From IMG/VR virus record IMGVR_UViG_3300008107_000034: a DNA stretch of 64,000 nt. One strand, 5' to 3'. This document shows positions 48,619 through 58,402 of the stretch, piece by piece; within the stretch, counting starts at the first letter, position 1; every line of letters starts with the position of its first letter. Source of the stretch: an uncultured virus (IMG/VR IMGVR_UViG_3300008107_000034). Taxonomy: Duplodnaviria; Heunggongvirae; Uroviricota; Caudoviricetes. The translations under genes and the position numbers were made by a program. The notes beneath the pieces are model-generated. The model saw nothing but the letters and a program-made list of their open reading frames with translations. It searched no databases and was not told the DNA's origin.

Positions 48619-48643
48619 ATGGGGGTAATCAACGGAACACCCC

Positions 48644-48844
48644 ATGAGCACTGCACAAGAGACCGTACAGGGCATTGTAATTGATGTATGCAGTCGTACC
48701 TTCTTGCTCCTGAGTGATCAAGGCAACGAGCGTCTGGTAGAATGTGATACTGTTCAAGAGTTTATGAACGTCCTTGAAGTTGTCACTGCTAATCTTGAAC
48801 CCGATCAAATTGAATACGCAGACCTTGCAGTTTATGGCGAGTGA
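48644..48844 (+). CDS. Hypothetical protein
   Basis: 66-aa ORF after a consensus promoter. Confidence 0.7.
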   Translation: MSTAQETVQGIVIDVCSRTFLLLSDQGNERLVECDTVQEFMNVLEVVTANLEPDQIEYADLAVYGE

Positions 48845-48866
48845 TGCTATAATATAAATATCGGAA

Positions 48867-49040
48867 ATGGAAATTTTCACAGTGGAAGAGTTTCAAGAGA
48901 GGTTTGATGAACTGATGGGACGAGTTGAAAATGGAGAAACTTTAGGTATTGTGGATGAGAATGGAAAGGCAGCAGTAATGATGCCCGCAGACGACGATCT
49001 GATACGAATACACACTGAATTAAACAACGAAGCTCAGTGA
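48867..49040 (+). CDS. Phd/YefM antitoxin-like small protein (57 aa)
   Basis: MEIFTVEEFQERFDELMGRVENGETLGIVDENGKAAVMMP fits the Phd N-terminal pattern; TATAAATA at 48853. Confidence 0.55.
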   Translation: MEIFTVEEFQERFDELMGRVENGETLGIVDENGKAAVMMPADDDLIRIHTELNNEAQ

Positions 49041-49057
49041 TACTCTGAGTTTTTTAT

Positions 49058-49129
49058 GGGAGCATAGCTTAATGGTTAGAGCGGGCACCTTATAAGTGCT
49101 TAGCGCGGGTTCAACTCCCGCTGTTCCCA
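49058..49129 (+). tRNA. tRNA-Ile (UAU)
   Basis: Cloverleaf GGGAGCA/TGTTCCC, anticodon arm GGCAC-CTTATAA-GTGCT, GGTTCAACTCC T-arm; no encoded CCA. Confidence 0.88.
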
Positions 49130-49133
49130 TCGT

Positions 49134-49207
49134 GCAGGTTTAGCTCTCTGGTTGAAAGCACCGAACTCATAATTCGGCTAAGGTGGGTTCGATCCCCACA
49201 ACCTGCA
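49134..49207 (+). tRNA. tRNA with CAU anticodon (probably Ile2/lysidine type, otherwise Met)
   Basis: GCAGGTT/AACCTGC acceptor stem, CCGAA-CTCATAA-TTCGG anticodon arm; lacks the initiator GGG/CCC stem. Confidence 0.85.
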
Positions 49208-49208
49208 C

Positions 49209-49237
49209 TTGACCACTACAACTCTTTGAGTTATAAT
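49209..49237 (+). promoter_or_regulatory. Sigma70-type promoter of tRNA-Leu
   Basis: TTGACC-17 nt-TATAAT, 13 nt before the tRNA. Confidence 0.7.
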
Positions 49238-49250
49238 GGTCTCACATCAC

Positions 49251-49532
49251 GGGAGCGTGGTGGAATTGGTAGACACAACGGACTTATGTAAAATTGAGCC
49301 TCATTTGGGAAACCTCATGAGTGTAACTCCTCAAATTCGGTGAAACCTGTAAAATGGCAATACCGAGCCAAGCATCGAAAGATGAAGGTGTAGAGACTAG
49401 ACGGGGAGCACCTAAATCACAAGATATGGTGAAGGTATAGTCCAGACCACAAACTCTATGAGGCGGCGAAAGTCGTAGTGGTAAGAAAATCCGTCGGCTT
49501 CGGCTATGCGAGTTCAAGTCTCGCCGCTCCTA
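49251..49532 (+). tRNA. trnL: tRNA-Leu (UAA), split by a group I intron (exons 49251-49285 and 49486-49532)
   Basis: Joined exons give GGGAGCG...ACGGA-CTT^AAAA-TCCGT, a long variable arm, GTTCAAGTC and CGCTCCT-A. Confidence 0.88.
49286..49485 (+). ncRNA. Group I intron (IC3-like), 200 nt, no ORF
   Basis: Follows U and ends in G; P (CTCAAATTCGGTGAAAC), Q (GGCAATACCGAGCCAA), R (GTAGAGACTAGACGGG), S (GGTATAGTCCA); P7 GACTA/TAGTC. Confidence 0.88.
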
Positions 49533-49565
49533 CTAAAAATAAATATAAGATATGGGAAAACCCCT

Positions 49566-49871
49566 ATGTCTTATCGTATAGATTCTGCATACTGCTGGTA
49601 CAATGACGGCAGTATGATTGTGAAGATGTATTTTATCAACTCTGTTCCATTTACCTTCGATGAGTTGCCAGAGGGACACTTATACGATCAAGATTTGTGC
49701 AGAGAAGCAGATAAGAATCGCACATTTGAACCAGACGATTTATATAGAAGTTCTTTCTACTTGATTGATGAGGAGGCACACCCCTGTCTCTTTCCAGTTG
49801 AGTTAGAAAATCCTGAAGATATGCCAGAAGAGATAGAATATGAGTATGATGAGGAAGATTTGACTAACTAA
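49566..49871 (+). CDS. Hypothetical acidic protein
   Basis: MSYRIDSAYCWY...; ATG 49566 (the track start at 49506 lies inside the tRNA). Confidence 0.7.
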   Translation: MSYRIDSAYCWYNDGSMIVKMYFINSVPFTFDELPEGHLYDQDLCREADKNRTFEPDDLYRSSFYLIDEEAHPCLFPVELENPEDMPEEIEYEYDEEDLTN

Positions 49872-49903
49872 ATAGAAGATAATAAGAGTTAAAATCAATA
49901 AAA

Positions 49904-52900
49904 ATGGGTCTGAATAAACTTGACAATTTTATCAAGAATACAGAAGGTCGTATTCTTTACGTCAATCCAAATGATCTTGATTCAACTGATAGTATTGAGA
50001 ATCAAGGTAATTCTCTTGCTCGCCCTTTCAAAACAATACAAAGAGCATTATTAGAAGCGGCAAGATTCTCATATATTGCTGGAGATAATAATGATTTAGT
50101 AGAAAAAACCACAATTTTACTATTTCCCGGTGAGCATTTAATTGATAATAGACCTGGATATGCAGTTTATAATAACAGTGGAGCAAAAGCAGTCAATCGA
50201 TCTGGTGGTCAAGATACTGCTACAAATGTTTTTTCACTTGGATTAAATTCAAACTTTGATCTTGCACAAGAAGATAATATTCTTTATAAGTTTAATAGTT
50301 GGTATGGTGGTGTTGTTGTTCCAAGAGGAACTTCTATTGTTGGTCTTGATTTAAGAAAGACCAAAATTCGTCCAAAATATGTTCCAAATCCAACAGATGA
50401 TACTGTATCTAAATCTGCAATTTTTAGAATTACTGGTGCTTGTTATTTTTGGCAATTTTCTATTTTTGATGCAGATGCAAGTAGCACGGTATATACAAAT
50501 CCAGATGATTTTTCATCAATCTATCGCTCAACACCTAATTTTTCACACCATAAAGTAACTTGTTTTGAATTTTGTGATGGTGTAAATAATATTACATTGC
50601 CTATTGGTGGTGCTGGTGGAACTGCAACAGGTCTCACCGATCTTGATATGTATTATAGCAAAGTCTCAAATGCTTATAATGCATATCGTGAAATTAAAGC
50701 AGAAGATAAATATCCAACGAATCCTCTTGGTTTTGCAAAGAGAGATCCAGAGTTTCAAATTGTCGGTGCTTTTGCTTCAGATCCAATTACAATTGCTTCA
50801 ATATTTTCTGGTAATGGCAGTGTTGCAGACGCACGTGTTACAGTTACAACCACAACAGAGCATGGTTTAAACGTAGGTACTCCAATTAAAGTTAAAGGAG
50901 TTGGTGTAGGGGTTTATAATGTTTCAACAACTGTTCAATCTGTTTTAAGTTCAACATCATTTACTTACCTTCTTTCAACAGTTCCTACAATTCCAAGTCC
51001 AAGTGCTGCCGGAGCGACAGTAACAGTTGAGACTGATACTGTATCTGGCGCATCCCCTTACATTTTTAACTGTTCATTACGCTCTGTCTGGGGTATGAAT
51101 GGTCTTCATGCTGATGGTAGCAAAGCATCAGGATTTAGAAGCACCGTTGTTGCACAATTTACTGCAGTATCTCTTCAAAAGGATGATCGTGCCTTTGCAA
51201 AATATAATAAATCTTCTAGATCTTATGAAAAAATTGATTACACTACTGTTTCTGGTGGAGATCTTCCAAATGGAGCATCTCAAACAGATACAAATAGAGT
51301 TTATCATTTAGATCCAGACGCTATCTATCGTCAAGGATGGGAAACAAGTCATATTAAAATTACAAATGATGCTTTCATTCAAATTGTTTCTGTATTTGCA
51401 ATTGGATTTAATAAGCATTTTGATGCAGAAACTGGTGGTGATGCATCAATTACAAACTCAAACTCAAACTTTGGTCAAATTTCATTAAATTCTTCTGGAT
51501 TTAAAAAAGAAGCATTTGATAAGGATAATAAAGCTTTTATTACCTCTATAGTCACACCAAGATCAGTTTCTTCTGTTGAAGATAACATTGAGTGGTTATC
51601 TTTAAACGTAGGACTTACAACTCAAGTTGGTATCTCAAGTCACCTTTATCTTTTTGGATTTAACTCAATTAATGTTGCCCCATCATCTCTTACACAAGGA
51701 TATCGAATCGGTGCAAAATTAAATGATAAGTTATACGTTCCTTTGGGAACTGGAACTAGTGAAGCAAATATTTACATGTGTAATAATGCAATTAGTTCTT
51801 CTGGACTTACAACTGCATTAGGAACAACAAGTTCTGTTAAATTTTATGATGCAACCACTACACCTCCAACTGGATTTACGACATCATTTACAATTGGATC
51901 TAACAATCTGTTAACGGGTGAAAAGATCATAATCATAAGTGATGATGGAGATTTGCCAGAAAATATTGATCCTCATCAAATTTACTATGCAATTAATCCT
52001 GGAGATAATAATACAGTAAAACTTGCAGCATCGTATACAAATGCTCTTCAAAACAAACCAATTCAAGTTGTAGGTGGTACAAATCTTCACATTTTAAGTA
52101 GAGTTTCTGACAGGGAATCTGGAGAACTTGGATCACCTATTCAATTTGATAGTCAAAATAATAACTGGTTTATTCACGTTAATCAAAACAATGAAATTTA
52201 TAATGCATTGAGTATTGGTGGAACGATAACTTTTGGTCCAACAACAGATCTTGCTTATGTGAAGCGTATTTCTGATGAAAGAAGTTTAGACGAAAAAATT
52301 TATAAGTTGAGAGTTGTTATTCCAAAAGAATTTGCAAACGCAAAAGATCCAGAAACGGGATTTATTCTTCAAGAATCCAGCACTACAGGTGTTAGAACTG
52401 ACACTGATTTTACAAGAACTAGCATTGCAAGCACTGATTATGCATATTTAAAAAATCCAAGATTGATTGCATCTTGTTCAGAAAGTTCAAATGTAGTTAC
52501 GGTATTAACTGAACTTCCACATAATGTTCAAGTTGGTGAAGTAGTAACAATTAGAAATGTTAAAAGTTCAACAAATTCTACGGGAAGATTTGATTCTGGA
52601 TACAATGGTAGATTCATTGTATCTAATATTATTGATGCATATACCTTTAGATATACAACAACAAATACAATTACGGGCGTAACACAATCTGCTGGAACAT
52701 TTACAGATACAACATCAACTAGAGATCAAAATCTACCAAGATTTGAAAGGAATGATTGGCAAAGTAATTTATTTGTTTACAGAAATGAAATTATTTCTCC
52801 ATATATTTTCAATCAACAAGATGGAATTTATCACTTATATGTTTTAAACTCAAGTAATGCAATTAGTGCAAATCTTTTTACAAATCTTAAGTATGGACAA

Positions 52901-55114
52901 TTACCTGTCGATTTATATCCTCAATTAGATAGAGATAATGTAAATGATAACCCTCAAGCAGCAAAAACATTTGCAAAACGTGCTCCAATTGGTGCGGTTG
53001 AGACAAATGATCTAAAGAAAAGTATTACACGTGAAACAACAGATCTCTCTCTTAAAAATGTTGGAGTTGCTCTTACAATTTCTTCTGTTGAATCAAGTTC
53101 TGGAATTGCAACATTAACTTTTGCAAGATTTCATGGTCTTTCAGGAATTGTAACTGGTTCAATTTCAAATGGTGGAACATCTTATACAAATGGAACATAT
53201 TATAATGTTAAACTTCTTAATGGATCTCAAACAGGTTCATGGAGTGGTGCAACTTCAAAAGTAATTGTGAGTAGTGGAATTGTAACTTCTGTTGAAATTA
53301 TGGCACCTGGATCTGGTTATACTGCTGGATCTCTATATTTTGATCAAAGTAAAATTGGTGCTGGAAGTGGTGCTCTTTACACAGTCTCAACATCAGGAAT
53401 TTCTACAAACATTGGTGACGTTGTTCAAATCACCGGTGCAGGAACAGTAACAGATGGTTATTATCGAATTACTTCTATTGGATCTTCAACATCAATTGCA
53501 ATCGCTAAAACTGTTGGAGATCCAACAATACAAACTGGACAATACGCTTTTGTCGTTAACTCATCAATTAGAATTAGCGGGACAGCATACAACTCCTCAG
53601 CAGGTATTACAACATTTACAACTTACGATGCTCATGGTCTTCTTTCTGGAAATCGTTTCCGTGTAATTGATTCTAATAATAATAATATAGGAGATTACAT
53701 TGTCGATAAGAGAGAAAGTGTAACGACATTTACAGCACTTACAAACTCTTCAATTTCGGCAACAAATGGATATGTTTTAAAACATGGACTTTCTTCAAAT
53801 AATGCAATTTCTGATGAAAATGGAGAAAATTTTGGAACACGTAATGTCTCTTTTTATGATAATCAAACATTTATTTTAACATCTGAGTTAACAACAGGAA
53901 GCACAATTAATATTAGTCATACTGGTATTGGAACAGCACAAAGATTGCCACTTGGATGTTATATTCAAATTGATAATGAAATTATGAGAATTACCAGCAG
54001 TGGTAATGATACTTCTGCAACTGTAATTCGTGGATCTCTTGGAACAGTTCAAGAAAATCATGATGTCAACTCGTTGATTCGTAGAATTAATCCAATTGCA
54101 ATTGAGTTCAGAAGACCTTCTATTCTTCGTGCGTCAGGGCACACCTTTGAATATCTTGGATATGGTCCAGGTAACTATTCGACTGGATTGCCACAAGTTC
54201 AGGTTAAAACACTAAATGATCAAGAAAACTTTTTAGCGAACTCTCAGGAACGTTCTGGTGGTATTGTTGTATATACTGGAATGAACAATTCTGGAGATTT
54301 TTATAATGGAAATACCAAAACATCTGCAGCAAGTGGAGAGGTTGTTTCTTATGATATTCCAAAACCAACAGTTACTGGTGAAAATCCTAATCGTTTAAGT
54401 GCCGTATTTGATGAAGTTACAATTAAAGAGAGATTACTTGTAGAAGGTGGTGCATCTGGACAAGTTCTTTCTCAGTTTGATGGTCCCGTAACATTTAATA
54501 AAGAAATTAGAGCAAAATCACAAACAACATTTAATAATACAGTCAGACTGACACAAGGAGCAGAGTCTACTTCTTCAACAACTGGGGATTTAATTATTTC
54601 TGGTGGAGTAGGAATTGGTAAAAATGTTTATATTAATGGCACATTAAATTGTTCTACTGTTCAACTTGGAAATATTAAATTAGCACAAACTGATGATAAT
54701 ACAATTGACACATCATCTGGAGATCTTAAATTAAGTGCAGTATCTGGATCAAAGGTAGCAATTAATACAACAACTCAAATCAATTCCGATTTAAATGTAA
54801 CTGGTGATATTACTGCATTTTATACCTCTGACCAGAGACTAAAAGATAATATTACTCCAATTGATGATCCTCTTGCAAAAGTTCTTTCCATTAGTGGTAA
54901 TACTTATACTTGGAATGAAAAGTCTGGCAAGGAAGGAAATGATGTTGGAGTAATCGCACAAGAAGTTCTTGAAGTTCTTCCTGAGGCGGTTGTAACAAGA
55001 GATAATGGTTACTTGGCAGTTGATTATCATAAGGTCGTTCCACTTCTTGTTGAAGCAATCAAGGAACTTTCTGCGAAGGTTGAAAACCTTGAACAAAAAC
55101 TTACGGATAAATAA
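49904..55114 (+). CDS. Large tail-fibre/tailspike protein with C-terminal S74 chaperone
   Basis: ILYVNP...RPFKTIQRAL, beta-helix-like SIVGLDLRKTKIRP, C-terminal SDQRLKDN...VGVIAQEV...LVEAIKEL. Confidence 0.8.
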   Translation: MGLNKLDNFIKNTEGRILYVNPNDLDSTDSIENQGNSLARPFKTIQRALLEAARFSYIAGDNNDLVEKTTILLFPGEHLIDNRPGYAVYNNSGAKAVNRSGGQDTATNVFSLGLNSNFDLAQEDNILYKFNSWYGGVVVPRGTSIVGLDLRKTKIRPKYVPNPTDDTVSKSAIFRITGACYFWQFSIFDADASSTVYTNPDDFSSIYRSTPNFSHHKVTCFEFCDGVNNITLPIGGAGGTATGLTDLDMYYSKVSNAYNAYREIKAEDKYPTNPLGFAKRDPEFQIVGAFASDPITIASIFSGNGSVADARVTVTTTTEHGLNVGTPIKVKGVGVGVYNVSTTVQSVLSSTSFTYLLSTVPTIPSPSAAGATVTVETDTVSGASPYIFNCSLRSVWGMNGLHADGSKASGFRSTVVAQFTAVSLQKDDRAFAKYNKSSRSYEKIDYTTVSGGDLPNGASQTDTNRVYHLDPDAIYRQGWETSHIKITNDAFIQIVSVFAIGFNKHFDAETGGDASITNSNSNFGQISLNSSGFKKEAFDKDNKAFITSIVTPRSVSSVEDNIEWLSLNVGLTTQVGISSHLYLFGFNSINVAPSSLTQGYRIGAKLNDKLYVPLGTGTSEANIYMCNNAISSSGLTTALGTTSSVKFYDATTTPPTGFTTSFTIGSNNLLTGEKIIIISDDGDLPENIDPHQIYYAINPGDNNTVKLAASYTNALQNKPIQVVGGTNLHILSRVSDRESGELGSPIQFDSQNNNWFIHVNQNNEIYNALSIGGTITFGPTTDLAYVKRISDERSLDEKIYKLRVVIPKEFANAKDPETGFILQESSTTGVRTDTDFTRTSIASTDYAYLKNPRLIASCSESSNVVTVLTELPHNVQVGEVVTIRNVKSSTNSTGRFDSGYNGRFIVSNIIDAYTFRYTTTNTITGVTQSAGTFTDTTSTRDQNLPRFERNDWQSNLFVYRNEIISPYIFNQQDGIYHLYVLNSSNAISANLFTNLKYGQLPVDLYPQLDRDNVNDNPQAAKTFAKRAPIGAVETNDLKKSITRETTDLSLKNVGVALTISSVESSSGIATLTFARFHGLSGIVTGSISNGGTSYTNGTYYNVKLLNGSQTGSWSGATSKVIVSSGIVTSVEIMAPGSGYTAGSLYFDQSKIGAGSGALYTVSTSGISTNIGDVVQITGAGTVTDGYYRITSIGSSTSIAIAKTVGDPTIQTGQYAFVVNSSIRISGTAYNSSAGITTFTTYDAHGLLSGNRFRVIDSNNNNIGDYIVDKRESVTTFTALTNSSISATNGYVLKHGLSSNNAISDENGENFGTRNVSFYDNQTFILTSELTTGSTINISHTGIGTAQRLPLGCYIQIDNEIMRITSSGNDTSATVIRGSLGTVQENHDVNSLIRRINPIAIEFRRPSILRASGHTFEYLGYGPGNYSTGLPQVQVKTLNDQENFLANSQERSGGIVVYTGMNNSGDFYNGNTKTSAASGEVVSYDIPKPTVTGENPNRLSAVFDEVTIKERLLVEGGASGQVLSQFDGPVTFNKEIRAKSQTTFNNTVRLTQGAESTSSTTGDLIISGGVGIGKNVYINGTLNCSTVQLGNIKLAQTDDNTIDTSSGDLKLSAVSGSKVAINTTTQINSDLNVTGDITAFYTSDQRLKDNITPIDDPLAKVLSISGNTYTWNEKSGKEGNDVGVIAQEVLEVLPEAVVTRDNGYLAVDYHKVVPLLVEAIKELSAKVENLEQKLTDK

Positions 55115-55131
55115 CTAAAAAACCATATAAG

Positions 55132-56916
55132 ATGGCAAATTATAGAAAGTCATTTAACCTTAGAAATGGTGTTCAAGTTGATGATGATAATTTCGTTGTA
55201 AATGCAAATGGTTTGGTGGGAATTGGAACTTCCGTTCCTACCGAATATTTGTTAAATGTTTATGGCGATACTAGAGTTACTGGTGCTACAGTAACAAAAG
55301 ATCTAAATGTTTCTGGTGTTACAACAGTAGGAATTTTGAGTGTAACACAAAATGTATCAGTTTCTGGTGTTGTTACAGCAGAATTATTTTCAGGAAGTGC
55401 ATCTGGATTAACTGACATCTATGCAATTGCTGTTGATGGATGGTATGTAAACAGCAGTAATTCTACAATTTCTACATCCTTCAGCGTTGGTATAGGAACT
55501 ACGATTCCAAGAGGAAATTTACAAATTGGAACTGGAGTTACAATTAATTCAAATGGAAATGCATCATATTCTGGAATTATAACTGCAGCAAGTTTCACTG
55601 GTTCTGGTATTGGTCTTACTGGTCTTAATGCTCCACAATTAACTGGAACAATTGATAATGCAAGATTACCATCAAATATTAATGTTGGAATTATAACAGC
55701 AACAACGGGTTTTTATGGAAATTTAACTGGAATAGCATCAACTGCATCTTCAATTACAACAACAGCAGATATTACAGTCAATTCAATTAATAGTGGATTT
55801 TCAACAACTGGAGTATCAACAGTATTTACAAGATCTCATGTTGGAACTGGAGGAACTGCATTTGCTGCTCTTAATTCTGGGAGAATTGGTGTTGGAACAG
55901 CATTACCAACATCAGAATTGCAAATTAGAAAAGAATCTGGATCACTCTTAGAAGTTATTTCCAATAGTGGAAATGCAAGAATTAGTATTGGTCAATCTGT
56001 TGGAGTAGGAAAAAGCACAGCACTTTTAAGATTTGGTGATATAGACAGGACACTTGAGATTTTAAACAATGATACTGGTGATTTCAGTATGTACTTACAT
56101 GCTGGTCCTATGGGAATTGGCACTGGTAGGTTTAATTGGTTCTATGGACAAACATTTGTCGAATTAATGACACTAACTTATGATGGAAGGTTAGGTATTG
56201 GGAATACAGATCCACAAGGAAATCTACAAGTTGGAACTGGAGTTACAATTAATGCAAATGGAACTGGATTTTTTAGTGGAAATGTAAATATACTTGGTAC
56301 AATATCAGCCGGAACGTTTGATTTACCAACGATCCTTAACAATAAAAATATTAGCAATACATCTGGAATATCCACATTCTTTAATGTTGGTATATCAAGT
56401 AATTTGAGTGTTGTTAATAGTGTTGGTATTGGAACAACCATCCCAATTGCTAATCTAGATGTTAGAGAAAAAACTGCCCTTTTTGGAAATGTAGGAGTTG
56501 GAACAGCACAAATTCCTACCGTCGCTTTAAAAGTTTCTGGGCAAACTATTAGTGATAACGTTGGAATTGGAACTACAACCACTAATGGTGAGGGATTGTA
56601 TATAGAAGGAAAATCAATTGTCCAATATAATGCAACAACAAACTTATATAATTCTGTACTTTATATAAGAGGATCTGGAGGTGTAGGTGTAGGAACAACA
56701 GCGGTTCGTTCTGCAGTTGATTTTTCTGATGCTGGGAAATCTTCACCAGGTTTATTGCCCGGTGAAGGCGTTGGATCTAGAGCATATATGTTACCTCCAA
56801 GACTAACAACTGCTCAAAGAGTGGGTTTAGTAACTGTTGCTGGAGCATTTATTTTTAATACGGATACAAATAAATTTCAAGGATATACTGGAGTTGGGTG
56901 GACTGATTTCCATTAA
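55132..56916 (+). CDS. Tail-fibre protein
   Basis: Many VGIGTT(I)P motifs; C-terminal PPRLTTAQR...FNTDTNKFQGY...W. Confidence 0.7.
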   Translation: MANYRKSFNLRNGVQVDDDNFVVNANGLVGIGTSVPTEYLLNVYGDTRVTGATVTKDLNVSGVTTVGILSVTQNVSVSGVVTAELFSGSASGLTDIYAIAVDGWYVNSSNSTISTSFSVGIGTTIPRGNLQIGTGVTINSNGNASYSGIITAASFTGSGIGLTGLNAPQLTGTIDNARLPSNINVGIITATTGFYGNLTGIASTASSITTTADITVNSINSGFSTTGVSTVFTRSHVGTGGTAFAALNSGRIGVGTALPTSELQIRKESGSLLEVISNSGNARISIGQSVGVGKSTALLRFGDIDRTLEILNNDTGDFSMYLHAGPMGIGTGRFNWFYGQTFVELMTLTYDGRLGIGNTDPQGNLQVGTGVTINANGTGFFSGNVNILGTISAGTFDLPTILNNKNISNTSGISTFFNVGISSNLSVVNSVGIGTTIPIANLDVREKTALFGNVGVGTAQIPTVALKVSGQTISDNVGIGTTTTNGEGLYIEGKSIVQYNATTNLYNSVLYIRGSGGVGVGTTAVRSAVDFSDAGKSSPGLLPGEGVGSRAYMLPPRLTTAQRVGLVTVAGAFIFNTDTNKFQGYTGVGWTDFH

Positions 56917-56927
56917 TTTATAATTTT

Positions 56928-58385
56928 ATGAAAAAATTTATTGTTTTGGGGGCAGGAACCTCTGGATTGATTGCAGCATCAATGATTAAAAAATATTGGG
57001 GAGATAAAGTTCAAGTTTCTCTATATTTTGATGCCAAAAGAAAAAATATAGGTGTTGGTGAAAGTACTACACCAATTATTCATTTATTCCTTAATTCTCT
57101 GGGAATAAAAACTGAAGATTTAATTAGAGACTTAAATGTAAGTGTAAAATTAGGAATAAATTTTAAAAATTGGATTCCCAATACAGAATATTTTCATGGA
57201 TTTAAAGAAGTTTCTTTTTGGGGGGAGTCGGATCAATCAAGTGCAATCTATTCTATTCTAAACGATTGCTATAATGGTGGTCTACTTTATAATGAAGCAA
57301 CATCTACATTACCAAAAAAAACTTTTGATTATAGTCATGCGCTGCACATTGATACACAAGAATTTTCAAATTATATTTTTGGAAAGATGAATAACGAGAT
57401 TGATTTTATTGATGATATTGCTGAAAAAATTAATATTGAAAATAATCAAATTGAAAGTATAGATTTCAAAAATAGTGGAAATGTAAAAGCAGATTTTTAT
57501 ATTGATGCCTCTGGATTTAACTCTATGTTAATTAAAAACTTAAAGGTAAAGTGGAATGACATTACAGATTATTTGCCAATTGACAGAGCAATTCCACAAC
57601 AAATTCCATATGATTTTGAAGAAGTGCCATCTTACACGTTAGCAGAAGCGACAGATAATGGATGGATATGGCAGATACCAATTGGAAATCGATATGGAAC
57701 TGGATATCTTTATTCTTCCAGATTTACTTCAGATGAAGAAGCAAAAACAAAATATAATTGTTGGCTATTAGAAAAATTTGGAGTTAGATTGCAAACAGAC
57801 AAAATTATTTACTATAAACCTGGATATTATGATCAAGCATGGGTTGGAAATTGTTTAGCAATTGGTCTTTCAAGTGGATTTGTAGAACCGCTAGAGTCTA
57901 CTGGTATTCACATTATCATAAATCAAATTAAAGATTTTATTTCTTTAAATTCAAATTTAACCTTCTTGGAATATAATAGAAAAAAATTTAATGAAATAAA
58001 CCTAAATGCTTATAAAGTCATCGTGGATTTTATTTGTCTTCATTATAATACAAATAGATTTGATTCTGACTTTTGGAAATACATGACTGAAAATAAAACT
58101 GAATGGGTCAGAGATTTTGAGGAAAAATGTAAGTACGAGTTTTTAGATGCTAAAAATCTAGGCAATAATTCAACCAAATTTGTTTGGTCACTTGATAATT
58201 TTATTCAAGTTTCAAACGGATTAAATATGTTTGATAAAAATGCAATTCGAGATTTCTTAAATTCAAAAAGAAATAAACAACAGATTTTAGAATTTGCAAA
58301 AGAACATTATGAATATACGAAAATTAAAAAATTAGAAAATCAAAGAATATCACATAAAGAAATTATAAACGCCATTCATAAATAA
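56928..58385 (+). CDS. Flavin-dependent halogenase (tryptophan halogenase family)
   Basis: GAGTSG FAD motif, IGVGEST, catalytic-Lys context VKLGINFKNW, WIWQIP, FVEPLESTG. Confidence 0.88.
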   Translation: MKKFIVLGAGTSGLIAASMIKKYWGDKVQVSLYFDAKRKNIGVGESTTPIIHLFLNSLGIKTEDLIRDLNVSVKLGINFKNWIPNTEYFHGFKEVSFWGESDQSSAIYSILNDCYNGGLLYNEATSTLPKKTFDYSHALHIDTQEFSNYIFGKMNNEIDFIDDIAEKINIENNQIESIDFKNSGNVKADFYIDASGFNSMLIKNLKVKWNDITDYLPIDRAIPQQIPYDFEEVPSYTLAEATDNGWIWQIPIGNRYGTGYLYSSRFTSDEEAKTKYNCWLLEKFGVRLQTDKIIYYKPGYYDQAWVGNCLAIGLSSGFVEPLESTGIHIIINQIKDFISLNSNLTFLEYNRKKFNEINLNAYKVIVDFICLHYNTNRFDSDFWKYMTENKTEWVRDFEEKCKYEFLDAKNLGNNSTKFVWSLDNFIQVSNGLNMFDKNAIRDFLNSKRNKQQILEFAKEHYEYTKIKKLENQRISHKEIINAIHK

Positions 58386-58402
58386 AGGAAAAACTCAGTG
58401 TA

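Noticed and set aside
49284..49517. 77-aa minus-strand ORF as an intron-encoded protein
   Set aside because: Antisense to the intron and tRNA, with no endonuclease motif.
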